Positions 1 through 16,937 of a stretch of DNA of 64,000 bases are shown piece by piece. Position numbers and translations under genes: made by a program. The notes under the pieces were generated by a model. The model was not told where the DNA came from. It saw only the letters and a program-made list of their open reading frames with translations, and searched no databases. Origin of the DNA: the human T2T-CHM13v2.0 reference genome, Homo sapiens. Where the stretch lies: the NCBI RefSeq assembly GCF_009914755.1, contig NC_060927.1. One strand, given 5' to 3'. How positions within the stretch are numbered: position 1 is the first letter of the stretch; every line of letters begins with the position of its first letter.

Positions 1-664
1 TAATGATGAATATGTTACGATGAAAGGAATATATAATTGTCAGCTTTTTACAAACCATCTGAATTGAAGAGAAGTTGTGTACTATGGACATTTTATATAT
101 TATAAAAGTTACAATATACTTTATAAATAATGCTGAATATATTATAATGATGTTCTTTTCAGTTGTGTATATGTATGTGAACCAGTGTTTTGCAAATCTA
201 TAAGAAGAGAACCAGTCAGACAATTTACAAGGAAAAGATTTATGACTTGCTCACCATTGAAGAAATTGATAAGACATATAAGAATCACATGTTTTCAATC
301 CACATTCCAGGAATCCCTAGGGATTATTTAAATCAGTGTGTCCCAGTCAAAATTTTTCTAGCAGGAGAAAAAGAAACAGAAAACAAAGAAGATAGCATGA
401 AAAATGGTCTCAGTTAAAGATTACCAGGAAGGAAGGCATGAAAGGATACGAATTAATAACTTCCTCCCACCATCTCCCAGCCCTTCTGCAGCTTCCAGTA
501 CAAGTGCACATGTCTCATTAGTTTTTGAATTCACACCTATTAGAATGGCTACAACTTTATTTCCATAAGTTCAAATATAATCATTTTCATTAAACAGGAA
601 GTAACAAGCACAACTGAAGTGGTTTTCTTTCCGTGCTCCTCCTTAAAAATATGTGCTTACTTAC

Positions 665-1018
665 TGATATAGTTTGGCTGTGTTCCCACCCAAATCTCAT
701 CTTGAATTGTAACTCCCACAATTCCCATGTATCGTGGGAGGAACCCAGTGGAAGGTAATTGAATCATGGGGGCGGGTCTTTCCCATGCTGTTCTTGTGAT
801 GGTGAATAAGTCTCACGAGATCTGATGGTTTTAAAAAGGGGAGTTTCCCCGTATAAGCTCTCCTCTCTGCCACCATGTGAGATTCACCTTTCACCTTCCT
901 CCATGATTGTGAGGCCTCCACAGCCCTGTGGAACTGTAAGTCCAATAAACATCTTTCTTTTGTAAATTGCCCAGTCTCAGATATGTCTTTATCAGCAGAG
1001 TGAAAACAGACTACTACG
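665..1018 (+). mobile_element. THE1A 5' LTR
   Basis: tgatatagtttggctgtg...aataaac...gactactacg; near-copy of 2919-3274. Confidence 0.93.
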
Positions 1019-1510
1019 GTAAATTGGTACCAGCAGTGGGGTACTGCTGAAAAGATACCCGAAAATGTGGAAGCAACTTTGGAACTGGGTAGCAGGCAGG
1101 GGCTGCAACAGTTTGGAGGGCTCAGAAAAAGACAGGAAAATGTGGGAAAGTTTGGAACTCCCCATAGACTTGTTGAATGACTTTATCCAAAATGCTGATA
1201 GTGATATGGACCATAAAGTCCAGGCTGAGATGGTCTCAGATGGAAATGAGGAACTTGTTGGGAACAGTAGCAAAAGGTGACTCTTGTTATGTTTTAGCAA
1301 AGACACTAAGCATTTTTCCCCTGCCCTAGAGATTTGTGGAACTTTGAACTTGGAGAGATGATTTAGGGTATCTGGTGAAATAAATTTCTAAGCAGCAAAG
1401 CATTCAAGAGGTGACTTGGGTGCTGTTAAAGGCATTCATTTTTATAACAGAAGCAGCATAAAGCTTTGGAAAATTTGCAGCCTGACAATGTGATAGAAAA
1501 GAAAATCCCA

Positions 1511-1820
1511 GCAGGGCATGGTGGCTCACGCCTGTAATCCCAGCACTTTGGGAGGCTGAGGTGAGCACATCACCTGAGGTCAGGAGTTCAAGACCAGCCT
1601 GGCCAACATGGGAAAACCCCGTCTCTACTAAAAAAAAAAATACAAAAAATTAGCCAGGCGCAGTGGCGGGTGCCTATAATCCCAGCTACTCGGGAAGCTG
1701 AGGCAGGGAGAATTGCTTGAACCGGGGAGGCGGAAGTTGCAGTGAGCTGAGATTGCACCACTTGCACTCCAGCTTGGACAACAGAGCGAGACTCCATCTC
1801 AAAAAAAAAGAAAAAAGAAA
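1511..1820 (+). mobile_element. AluS (Sx/Sz-like) inserted in THE1A-int
   Basis: Dimeric Alu with A-rich tail; TSD AAAAGAAAATCCCA at 1497-1510 and 1821-1834. Confidence 0.95.
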
Positions 1821-2918
1821 AAAAGAAAATCCCATTTTTTGAGAAGAAATCCTAGACAACTACAGAAATTTGCATAAGTCATGAGGAGCCGAATGTTAAT
1901 CCCTAAGAAAATGGGGAAAATGTCTCCAGGGCATGCCAGAGGTCTTTCCAGCAGCCCCTCCCATCAAAGGCCCAGAGGCCTAGGAGGTAAAAGTGGTTTT
2001 ATGGGCTGAGCCCAGGGTCTCCGTGCTGTGTGCAGCCTAGGGACTTGGCAACCTGTGTCTCAGCTGCTATAGCCATGGCTGAAAGGGGCCAACATAGAGC
2101 TCAGGCCGTGGCTTCAGTGGGTGCAAGCCCCAACCCGTGGCAGCTTCCACATGGTGTTGAGCCTGCAGGTGCACAGAAGTCAAGAATTGAGGTTTGAGAA
2201 CCTCTGCCTAGATGTCAGAAGATGAATGGAAACGCCTGGATACCCAAGCAGAAGTTTGATGCAGGGGTGGGGCTCTCATAGAGAACCTCTGCTAGGGCAG
2301 TACAGGAGGACAATGTGGGCTAGGAGCCCCCACACAGAGTCCTTACTGGGTCACCACCTAGTGGAGGTATGAGAAGAGGGCCACTGTCCTCCAGACCCTA
2401 GAATGATAGATCCACTGACAGCTTGCACCATGTGCCTGGAAAAGCTACAGACACTCAACACCACCCCGTGAAGGCAGCTGGGAGTGAGGCTGTACCCTGC
2501 AAAGCCACAGGGGTCGAGATGCCCGAAGACTATGGGAACCTACCTCTTGCATCAGCATGACCTGGATGTGAGACATAGAATCAAAGCAGATCCTTTTGGA
2601 GCTTTAATATTTGACTGCCCTGCTGGATTTTAGACCTGCATGGGGCCTGTGGCCCCTTTGTTTTGTCCAATTTCTCCCATTGGCAATGACTGTATTTACC
2701 CAATGCCTTTACCCCGACTCTATCTAGGAAGTAACTAACTTGCTTTTTGATTTTACAGACTCATAGGCGGAAGGCGCATGCCTTGTTTCAGATGATACTT
2801 TGTGCTGTGAACTTTTGAGTTAATGCTGAAATGAGTTAAGACTTTGGAGGACTGTTGGGAAGGCATGACTGGTTTTGAAATGTGAGGACATGAGATTTGA
2901 GAGGAGTCAGAGGTGGAA

Positions 2919-3274
2919 TGATATAGTTTGGCTGTGTCTCCACCCAAATCTCATCTTGAATTGTAACTCCTACAATTCCCATGTGTTGTGGAAGGAACCC
3001 AGTGGGAGGTAATTGAATCATGGGGCAAGTCTTTCCCATACTGTTCTCATGATAGTGAATAAGTCTCACAAGATCTGATGGTTTTAAAAAGGGGAGCTTC
3101 CCCACACAATCTCTCTTCTCCTGTCTGGCGCCGTGTGAGATGTGCCTTTCACATTCCACCATGTTTGTAACGCCTCCCCAGCCACGTGGAACTGTAAGTC
3201 CCATAAATCTCTTTATTTTGTAAATTGCCCAGTCTCAGGTGTGTCTATCAGCAGTGTGAAAATGGACTAGTACA
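2919..3274 (+). mobile_element. THE1A 3' LTR
   Basis: Preceded by a purine-rich PPT-like gagaggagtcagaggtggaa; ends ggactagtaca. Confidence 0.93.
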
Positions 3275-4149
3275 CTTACACATTCAAAAATAAATCATTT
3301 TTTCTTAATAAAGGGCAAAAATGAATTCATTTTAAACTCATTACGTATTATATATCAACAATTTTAAATACATAATGTATTTTATCTCTATTATTGAGTA
3401 CCAGTTGACAATTTGGAATGTAGTAAAGCAGTATTTATCACTATTAGGTACGGGGCAGAAAATTTTTTATATGTTAGTTTTATATATATATATTTTTTTC
3501 ATTAGTTGTGTAAAACAATATTTCTTTAGTGGTCTGAATATTGTTTCTTTCCAAGGCACAAATAACATAATTCAGCTTACATATTGGACTTATCAATAGA
3601 AATGAAACAAAACGATTTCTTTTGTGTGCATATATATATGTGAGAGTAAAGAACAAATGAAACAAAAATGCTTTGGGCAGGCCAATTATCTCTTTTGTCT
3701 CAAGCATATTCAAAGTGTCTTCAAAAACATGGAGTTTACATTGTTTGAATCAATAAATCATTCAGTATGAATGCCTTGCTCTACTCTTCAGACAACATAA
3801 TTAGCAAACTAAACAGTATGAAGCATATCCAGGTGGAGAGATGATGTTTAATTAAAAATGGGACTACTTCCAATAATTTTATTTGTTTTGAGTTGCAATT
3901 TTCAGCCTTTGCACTGTTGAGCAGTGATCTAGATTTCCAAAGTGGAATCACGTTAGGAGGTGTTAATTTTGCTTCTTTGAAAGTGAGTTGCTTTAGTCAT
4001 TTTCCCAATGAACAGTCTGTATTTTTTGCTTTTGTTTTTTGTTTTGTTTTGTTTTTTGGTCTGAGAAGCATTATTTAACTCTTCTGTTTCATTTTGAATA
4101 CGTGTACTATTTGAGTAAGTCTTTCCCTCATTAAATAATTTTTTATTAC

Positions 4150-4800
4150 TACAAGCCAAGCACTGTGCTGCATGTAGGAGATACAGTGGTAAAAAGGATA
4201 TAGCAGTGTTTTTTCTTATGAAACTCACATTGAATTTTTAAAAATTTACTTATGTCATTAAAATGACATAAGTAAAAGCATAATTATATACAAAACCAAT
4301 TTGTGTTAACTAATAGATAGAGGCAGTCACTTTGGATTCAGTAGTTAGAGAAAACTCTTTGGGTCCATTAAGCTAATACTGGATAGTTGACTATAAATTA
4401 GTCATGCAAAAGTGGGAGTGGAAGGTTTTTCTAGAGAAAAAGTGCATGCTTTGAATCAGGAAAGGCTTTGACATACTCTGTTAATTCCTAAAGGTCACTG
4501 TGGATAGAGAATAGTGAACGTGGAGAAAGTGGCCCTGTATAAATCTGGTGATATAAGTATTAGTCAAATTACAAAAAGGATTATAGTTCACGGTTAAAAG
4601 CTTGAATTTTATTCTAAAGTCAATTAAAAGCATGAAGTTTTATTGTCAACTGTGGAGGAATATGTGTTGAGTTATGGTTAGCCATGGAAGATGAACTAGT
4701 AACAGTTCAGATGAAATATGACAGTGTCTTGGATAGGGAAAGTGGTTATGAAAATGCAGAGAACTGGATACAGTGGAGCTATTATTAAATAAACAATTTT
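4150..4800 (-). mobile_element. Degraded L2 fragment (approximate)
   Basis: L2-like phrases (caagcactgtgct...gatacagtggt, gcttgaattttattctaa). Confidence 0.5.
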
Positions 4801-4865
4801 AACTAAACTTAGTCCTATTTGAGGACCAAGTATGTAGCCATTATGTGGCTATTATTCTGTAGCCA

Positions 4866-5078
4866 AATTTCTCAACAGCAGCACTACTGACATTTTATTA
4901 CAGACACGCAATTTGTGTTTTAGGTTGTCCTGTCCATTGTAGCATTCTTGGCCTTTACATACTAGATGCCAGCAGCACACCTCCTTCCCGGACCAGGCCC
5001 GTTTTGGCAATCAGAAATGAGTCCAGACATTGCCAAATGTTATTTTGGAGGCAAAATGTCCCATACTTAAGAACTGCT
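4866..5078 (-). mobile_element. MER20 (hAT-Charlie) DNA transposon
   Basis: tttctcaac...actagatgccagcagc...ccagacattgccaaatgt...aagaactgct matches reverse MER20. Confidence 0.8.
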
Positions 5079-5789
5079 TTTCCATAGTGATAGGTCTAGT
5101 GTCTGAGTTATTGAAGAGCAATATGCTGGGAATGAAAATAAATGTTCAACTTCACTTCAGTAACTCAGGGAAAACAATTTCAGAAACATGGAGAGTTCCA
5201 GTGAAACCACAGGCTGAGAAGCTGACTGGATATTCTGCCTCCACATCTTCTGTTATGGGATGAATTCTATACTTTCTTATTTTTGAAACCTGCTGGTATA
5301 AGTGTGTGTGTGTGCGTGTGGCAGGGTGGGGTCAAGTATGGGAAAGCCCCTTCCATTTAGGTTGAAGGACTGAATCATAATTGCAAATAATGGTGCAAAT
5401 CAGAATCTCCTAATGATCTTGGCAGTTTACTTCACTCATACATTTAACAAATATTTATCAAGTGCTTGCTCTTCTATGTGCCAAGAATGTTTTGGACATT
5501 GAGAAGACAGTAGTAAATAAGAGACAAAAATGCCTGCTCTCCAGGAGCTTATCTGTAATGGGGAAAAGCTTGATAGAATTGTAAATTTTCAGGCCTCAGT
5601 TAGAAAGATTCTCATTTAGCAGGACTAGGGTGGAACACAGGAATTGGAATTTTTGTCAAGCATTTGGGCTGTAAATGTTTTTATTACTGCATTTTGAGGA
5701 ACATTGAGTTTGAGTCTAAATGGAAGCCTCTGAGGTATTTTAGACATATTTTAAAAAATGATCCCTGGAGATTCAGGGATCATTTATTA

Positions 5790-5930
5790 AAATATGTTTA
5801 TTTATATTTTTATATATACACATTTACATGTATAAATATATAGATAGACATATTTTATAAATACATGTTTTTTATATATACACACACACACACACACACA
5901 CATACATATACACATTTCTATATCTACAGC
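5790..5930. repeat. (TA)-rich tract and (CA)n microsatellite
   Basis: Directly visible. Confidence 0.9.
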
Positions 5931-6445
5931 TATCTAATGTTGACCATAGGCTAGACAATTGCTAGGTCCTTTGGCTGATGCAAAGTTGTATAACAGTGTA
6001 TCTGTTTCTAAAAGTGTTATATTTTAGCTCAAAAAGACATGTAAGTGTGCTTGCATGTGTATGCATATCTATACATACCACTAGGTTAAAAATGATTGTT
6101 TTGCTTATTATCATTGTTTTAAAAATTCAGGTAGATTTTCACCAAATATAGAGTTATGCTTAAAATGGGCTGTCTTATAGTAGTATATGTACAATATATA
6201 AAGTTCCATTTGAAGAGTTGCAGGAAAGCCAAATTCCTGTACAGTAGCAGAAATTGTAGAATGAAAAGTAGCCTCTAAGATTGGCATATATATTTAACAC
6301 ATAAAAGAGAGAAAGAAAAACAGAGGGAGAGAGAAACATGGAGCACTTTCAAATTGGAATATCATATCAATGTCCTCAAGCAGGTATCTGAAATTTTAGG
6401 TGTTTCTGTTTAAGTTGTTTCATAGAAAAATTCTAAGGTCTATGG

Positions 6446-6597
6446 CAATGGTTCTCAAATAATGGTGTCTAAGAATCACGTGAAGAGCTAATTGAGAATA
6501 TAGAGTCTTGGGTTTGTGGAAGTCTGATATAGCCTGGCCTCTGCAGCTGTACCAATTTCTCCAGTGATTCTCATACACACCAAAGTTTGAGAACAGT
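6446..6597. mobile_element. MER5-like hAT element
   Basis: Inverted termini caatggttctcaaa ... aagtttgagaacag; contains agaatcac and gtgattct. Confidence 0.65.
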
Positions 6598-6689
6598 TTT
6601 GCTGCCGGAAGAGTAGCAGCAGAAAACGGTTTATTTAACCATGGTTAATGATACTTCCAAGTCACATAAGAGGCTGCTAGAAATTTATA

Positions 6690-6950
6690 AATGTATACAG
6701 ACATTTGCAAAAGTCCTATGCAATTACAGGAGTTTGTCAATTTTTGCATATATGATAGATATGAAATCGTATTTCAGTATCATTTTAATTTGTATCTATC
6801 CTCTCATAAGGTAATTTGAGAATATTTTTATATGTTTAAAAACCATTTTCATATCTTTCTTCATTAATTGTACGTCTTTTGTCCACTTTTCCAATTTTTA
6901 AAATTTTATGTATATTAGAGATATCGGCCCCTTGTTCTTTAAGTGAAAAA
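6690..6950 (-). mobile_element. Old L1M fragment
   Basis: Antisense L1 3' phrases (tttaatttgtatct...gagaatatttttatatgttta). Confidence 0.55.
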
Positions 6951-7845
6951 GATTGCCAAGACCATTCTAAGTGTCAGGACCTGCGCAGAAAATGACAAAG
7001 GATATAGAAGAGCAAATACTCTGTGTGTTGGATGAGAGCAGTAATTTCAAATGGGAAATTGGCCTTGAAATATATAAATAGTAGTGTTAGATAATATGTG
7101 GATATAATACTAAATTACTTTGAATCTTTCAGTGAATCATCATTCTAATTATATCAAAAAAGAGTTAATTTGGTGGTATTTGATAATCCTGTATTTTTTG
7201 AAAGAAGAAAGAGGCCTCAGGCTCAGAATCAGATGCAGGAAATGGTATCTAATGATAATTTAATCACATTATTTCATTGTGTTTATTTTCCTGTTATTTT
7301 CTGCTTATAATAATATTTTGTATTTTTGGAAGAGGGATATAGTGTCTTGAAAAACCCAGTTATTCCAGTAAAAATTGTATCATGTTTATGACAAACCAAA
7401 AAATATAATAGTGTAGGTGATGGCAAGAAATGGCCAAATCATGTAGGTGCTTAGGAAATAACTTAAATTTCAGCCGTAGATTTACTTTTACAAGCATGCA
7501 GTGAATAACTCTAAGTCTTTTTTTTAAGTCTTTGCTTTTGTTTTTCTTGTTAAGCGGTGTCATCTGTGATGTTCTGGCTCAGGTGAAGTATTGGTATGTC
7601 CACATGTTGTGGTCTTTTAGTGCCTAGTTCAGGGTTTTTCCTAAATGTTTTTCATTTCAAGAAGGGAAAGTAGGAGGAAGAAGATAAAAAAGAAGGAGGA
7701 GGGGGAAGAGGAGAACAACAGCAAGAAGAACAATGAAGGGAAGAAATTATATACTTTTATATAGGTAGGTTTGGCATATGATTAAAAAATAACAAAATTT
7801 TATAGGGGTCAATGATAAGCCAAGTCTCTGATTCCTAATTAATGA

Positions 7846-8211
<366 letters not shown>

Positions 8212-8229
8212 TAATGAAGGTGTGGATGT

Positions 8230-8420
8230 ATTATCTTTTTTCATGTCCTAACAGTATGGAGGTGAGAGTTATTATGATCTCCATTTCACCTATGAGGAGA
8301 TTGCAGCTTATAGACGTTAGGAACTTGTTCAACGTAACACAGCTGAGAGTGAGAATCGAAGTTTGGACCCAAACCTCACAAGGTCCGAGTGCCTGTGGTT
8401 TTAACCCAAGTAGTATCAGG
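8230..8420 (-). mobile_element. MIR fragment
   Basis: ctccatttcacctatgaggagattg...aacacagctgagagtgaga. Confidence 0.6.
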
Positions 8421-9264
8421 CCTTCAAGTACATCATACTTTATGGAGAATTTTCTAACATTTTGTTATTTCATGTGTTCTGTACTGCAGCCCTCTGAATT
8501 GAGCAGGATCAAAAACAGTCCCCCAAGAGAAAGTTGAGACTTAAATGCACTTGGGAGATTTGTTCTCAGCCACAGTATCTACCATTGGATTGGGGCTACA
8601 ACATCTGTCTTCCGGTGTTGCAGCCTGCAGGTTTTTACTGAGATATTTCCTGTATACACCTCCGACTCAAAGTTAGATGGCAATGGCAGATATTTACTGA
8701 AGCCATCTGGGAAAACCTCCAGCTACTAAGCTGTTCAGGCCCCAAATTCTAGGACTGTGTTCTTGATATCCCGCTTAGCCCTTCATTATCTGAGACCATT
8801 CTTGGGAGTCTCTTGCCAGGCGACAATGCCTGCATCAAGAAAGATAGATGTCTGGTAGTGGTGCCTCTGCAATTCCTTGCATCCTTGCTTCCTTTGCCCC
8901 AGGAGGATTCCCCAGCATGCTCACTTCGGTAGGCCCTCACAGTAGGCCCTTACTTTTAACGAAGAAGTGAGTTACTTCTTACCAAAGAAGTAAGTTAAAG
9001 TTAGTAAACTGTACTTTACTAACCACTTTATATTAATTCTCTCAGACCATATTAAAATTAGTTCTTATAATTTAAAAAAAATTGAGACAATATGAAGAAT
9101 ATTAAAGAAAACATGTATAACCCAATACCCAGAATTGACATCCTATAGCATGTTTTATTATTTGCTTGCATTTTTAAAAATAAAATGTTGGCATATATCG
9201 AAATTCCTTTTAATAATCCCCTTGTTCCCTTTTCACCACTCTCCTCAGGAGCAAAAATTTTCAG

Positions 9265-9490
9265 TTTTTGTTTTGTTTTGTTTTGAGACAAGATCTCATT
9301 GCATTGCCCAGGCTGGTCTTGAATGCCTGGACTCAAAGGATCCAATTGCCTCAGTAGCTGGGACTACAAACAGATGCCACAGCCCCCAGTTAATTTTTTC
9401 TAAATGTTTTATAGAGACAGAGTCTCGCTGTGTTGCCCGGGCTGATCTTGAACTCCTGGCTCAAGTAATCCTCCCGCCTCAATCTCCTGG
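9265..9490 (-). mobile_element. Old AluJ/FLAM-like element, antisense, truncated
   Basis: (TTTTG)n tail; gttgcccgggctgatcttgaactcctggctcaagtaatcctcccgcctca. Confidence 0.8.
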
Positions 9491-10632
9491 GAGCTCATAA
9501 AATTTTAATACTTTAAAATCTCTTATACTTTAAAAATATTCACTTTTTAATGCTTGTAATACATATATGTAGTTGTAAATAACTAGTGTTGTTTTTTTAT
9601 AGAGGTTTCGTGTAAATTTTAGCAAACCATATTTGCTAGTTATATCTTGAATTTTTCATTCAATGTTATTTTGAGATACATTTAAAATGAGAATATAAAA
9701 AATATATGGACATTATGTAAATAAGCTATACATTCTGTACTATGTACAAATATATGTGTTATGTGTTGTGTGTATATACTTATATATGTGTGTATATATT
9801 TACTGATATATATCCATATGTATGTTATTCAGTTTATTCTTTTAATTGCTGAATATTATTTCATGTCATAGATTAACTATATTTATTTATTCTTTTTTTC
9901 TTCATTTATTTCCTATTTTCAACTTGAGAGAGTTAAGGCTTAGTATAGAGGTTTAACCAAGACGAATCAGCTAGTAAAAAGTGAAGCTAGGATTTAAATA
10001 CAAATCCATCTGACTCCAAAGACAAGAATGTCTAATTTGTATACACCTGGATCTCTTTATTTTCCCACGTCCTTTTAAGCCACATGTTCAAAAAGACAAG
10101 AATGCAGGCAATGCTAGGAATTTAAAACTTAAATCTGTCTATGTAGACCAGACTACATCTCTTGCACTGTGAAAGTTGGAAAGTAAATGAGAATGAAAGG
10201 AGATCAAGAAAAATGTACAAAGATGAAATCATGCATGAGAAGATTTATAAGTAGCCGTAAGTGTTTGGCATTAACTAAAAGAAGTAACAAAATTTCTAAA
10301 CTGTCATGTACTACACATCATGCTAGTTCCTTTACAAATATTATGCTAAACATCACGATAATCCCAAAAGAGAAATACAGGTGCTTGCCATTTTACAAAT
10401 GAGAAGCAGAAACGGATATCTGAATAATCTGCCTTTAAGATAACACTGAGTAAGTAGAAACACTGGGATTCTAATCCTGAACTGTCCCAAACTTTCGTTC
10501 ATGTTCTCATACCATGCTCAAAAGCAAGGGATTACAGTTAAAGTTGTTAAAATAGACCTCTAGTACTCGTCATTATAGGGCCTCAGGCCAGGCAACTGGC
10601 CAGTAGTAGTAATGCACAAAAGGCTGCTTTAT

Positions 10633-10957
<325 letters not shown>

Positions 10958-11010
10958 TTAATTGATACTTATTTTTTGTCCTGTGTCTTTTGCTGATAAA
11001 AGAATTATTA

Positions 11011-12044
11011 GGGGGGGCAGCCAAGATGGCCGAATAGGAACAGCTCCGGTCTACAGCTCCCAGCGTGAGTGACGCAGAAGACAGGTGATTTCTGCATTTC
11101 CATCTGAGGTGCCGGGTTAATCTCACTAGGGAGTGCCAGACAGTGGGCGCAGGTCAGTGGGTGCACGCACCGTGCGCGAGCCGAAGCAGGGCGAGGCATT
11201 GCCTCACTCGGGAAGCACGAGGGGTCAGGGAGTTCCCATTCCTAGTCAAAGAAAGGGGTGACGGACGCACCTGGAAAATCGGGTCACTCCCACCCGAATA
11301 CTGCGCTTTTCCGGCGGGCTTAAAAAACGGCGCACCACAAGACTATATCCCACACCTGGCTCGGAGGGTCCTACACCCACGGAGTATCACTGATTGCTAG
11401 CACAGCAGTCTGAGATCAAACTGCAAGGCGTCAGCGAGGCTGGGGGAGGGGCGCCCGCCATTGCCCAGGCTTGATTAGTTAAACAAAGCAGCCAGGAAGC
11501 TCGAACTGGGTGGAGCCCACCACAGCTCAAGGAGGCCTGCCTGCCTCTGTAGGCTCCACCTCTGGGGACAGGGCACAGACAAACAAAAAGACAGCAGTAA
11601 CCTCTGCAGACTTAAATGTCCCTGTCTGACAGCTTTGAAGAGAGCAGCGGTTCTCCCAGCATGCAGCTAGAGATCTGAGAATGGGCAGACTGCCTCCTCA
11701 AGTGGGTCCCTGACCCCTGACCCCAGAGCAGCCTAACTGGGAGGCACCCCCCAGTAGGGGCAGACTGATACCTCACATGGCTGGGTACTCCTCTGAGACA
11801 AAACTTCCAGAGGAACGATCAGACAGCAGCATTCCTGGTTCATGAAAATCCGCTGTTCTGCAGCCACCACTGCTGATACCCAGGCAAACAGGGTCTGCAG
11901 TGGACCTCTAGCAAACTCCTACAGACCTGCAGCTAAGGGTCCTGTCTGATAGAAGGAAAACTAACAAACAGAAAGGACATCCACACCAAAAACCCATCTG
12001 TACATCACCATCATCAAAGATCAAAAGTAGATAAAACCACAAAG
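11011..12044 (+). promoter_or_regulatory. L1 5'UTR internal sense/antisense promoter
   Basis: Intact YY1 motif CAAGATGGCC near 11022; partly retained CpG-rich first ~450 bp. Confidence 0.8.
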
Positions 12045-13061
12045 ATGGGGAAAAAACAGAGCAGAAAAACTGGAAACTCTAAAAAGCAGAGTGCCTCTCC
12101 TCCTCCAAAGGAACGCAGCTCCTCACCAGCAATGGAACAAAACTGGATGGAGAACGACTTTGACGAGTTGAGAGAGGAAGGCTTCAGATGATCAAACTAC
12201 TCCGAGCTACAGGAGGAAATTCAAACCAAAGGAAAAGAAGTTAAAAACTTTGAAAAAAATTTAGAGAAATGTACAACTAGAATAACCAATACAGAGAAGT
12301 GCTTAAAGGAGCTGATGGAGCTGAAAGCCAAGGCTCGAGAACTACGTGAAGAATGCAGAAGCCTCAGGAGCCGATGTGATCAACTGGAAGAAAGGGTATC
12401 AGTGATGGAAGATGAAATGAATGAAATGAAGTGAGAAGGGAAGTTTAGAGAAAAAAGAATAAAAAGAAACAAACAAAGCCTCCAAGAAATATGGGACTAT
12501 GTGAAAAGACCAAATCTACGTCTGATTGGTGTACCTGAAAGTGATGGGGAGAATGGAACCAAGTTGGAAAACACTCTGCAGGATATTATCCAGGAGAACT
12601 TCCCCAATCTAGCAAGGCAGGCCAACATTCAGATTCAGGAAATACAGAGAACGCCACAAAGATACTCCTCAAGAAGAGCAACTCCAAGACACATAATTGT
12701 CAGATTCACCAAAGTTGAAATGAAGGAAAAAATGTTAAGGGAAGCCAGAGAGAAAGGTCGGATTACCCTCAAAGGGAAGCCCATCAGACTAACAGCAGAT
12801 CTCTCGGCAGAAACTCTACAAGCCAGAAGAGAGTAGGGGCCAATATTCAACATTCTTAAAGAAAAGAATTTTCAACCCAGAATTTCATATCCAGCCAAAC
12901 TAAGCTTTATAAGTGAAGGAGAAATAAAATAGTTTACAGAGAAGCAAATGCTGAGAGATTTCATCACCACCAGGCCTGCCCTAAAAGAACTCCTGAAGGA
13001 AGCACTAAACATGGAAAGGAACAACTGGTACCAGCCACTGCAAAATCATGCCAAAATGTAA
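12045..13061 (+). pseudogene. L1 ORF1p, inactivated
   Basis: ATGGGGAAAAAACAG to TAA, 1017 nt, with in-frame stops at 12189 (TGA), 12432 (TGA), 12834 (TAG) and 12930 (TAG). Track fragment KRPNLRLIGVPE...QARRE. Confidence 0.95.
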
Positions 13062-13124
13062 AGAATATCGAGACTAGGAAGAAACTGCATCAACTAACGA
13101 GCAAAATAACCAGCTAACATCATA

Positions 13125-16937
<3,813 letters not shown>

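Larger units (their letters stand above)
665..3274 (+). mobile_element. Complete THE1A-type MaLR provirus (LTR-int-LTR)
   Basis: Two direct LTRs, both starting TGATATAGTTTGGCTGTG. Internal region starts GTAAATTGGTACCAG. Perfect 5-bp TSD CTTAC at 660-664 and 3275-3279. The gtaaattgcccag/atcagcag/gtgaaaa ends fit THE1A better than THE1B (recalled consensus). Confidence 0.93.

Noticed and set aside
190-417. 75-aa ORF as a gene
   Set aside because: TTG start, no recognisable domain, no supporting exon chain
697-3204. ORFs within THE1A as gag/pol/env
   Set aside because: Short chance frames, several antisense in the LTRs, with no retroviral protein motifs
8594-8625. Short hairpin as miRNA or other structured RNA
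   Set aside because: Only a 12-bp imperfect stem, too short and compatible with chance
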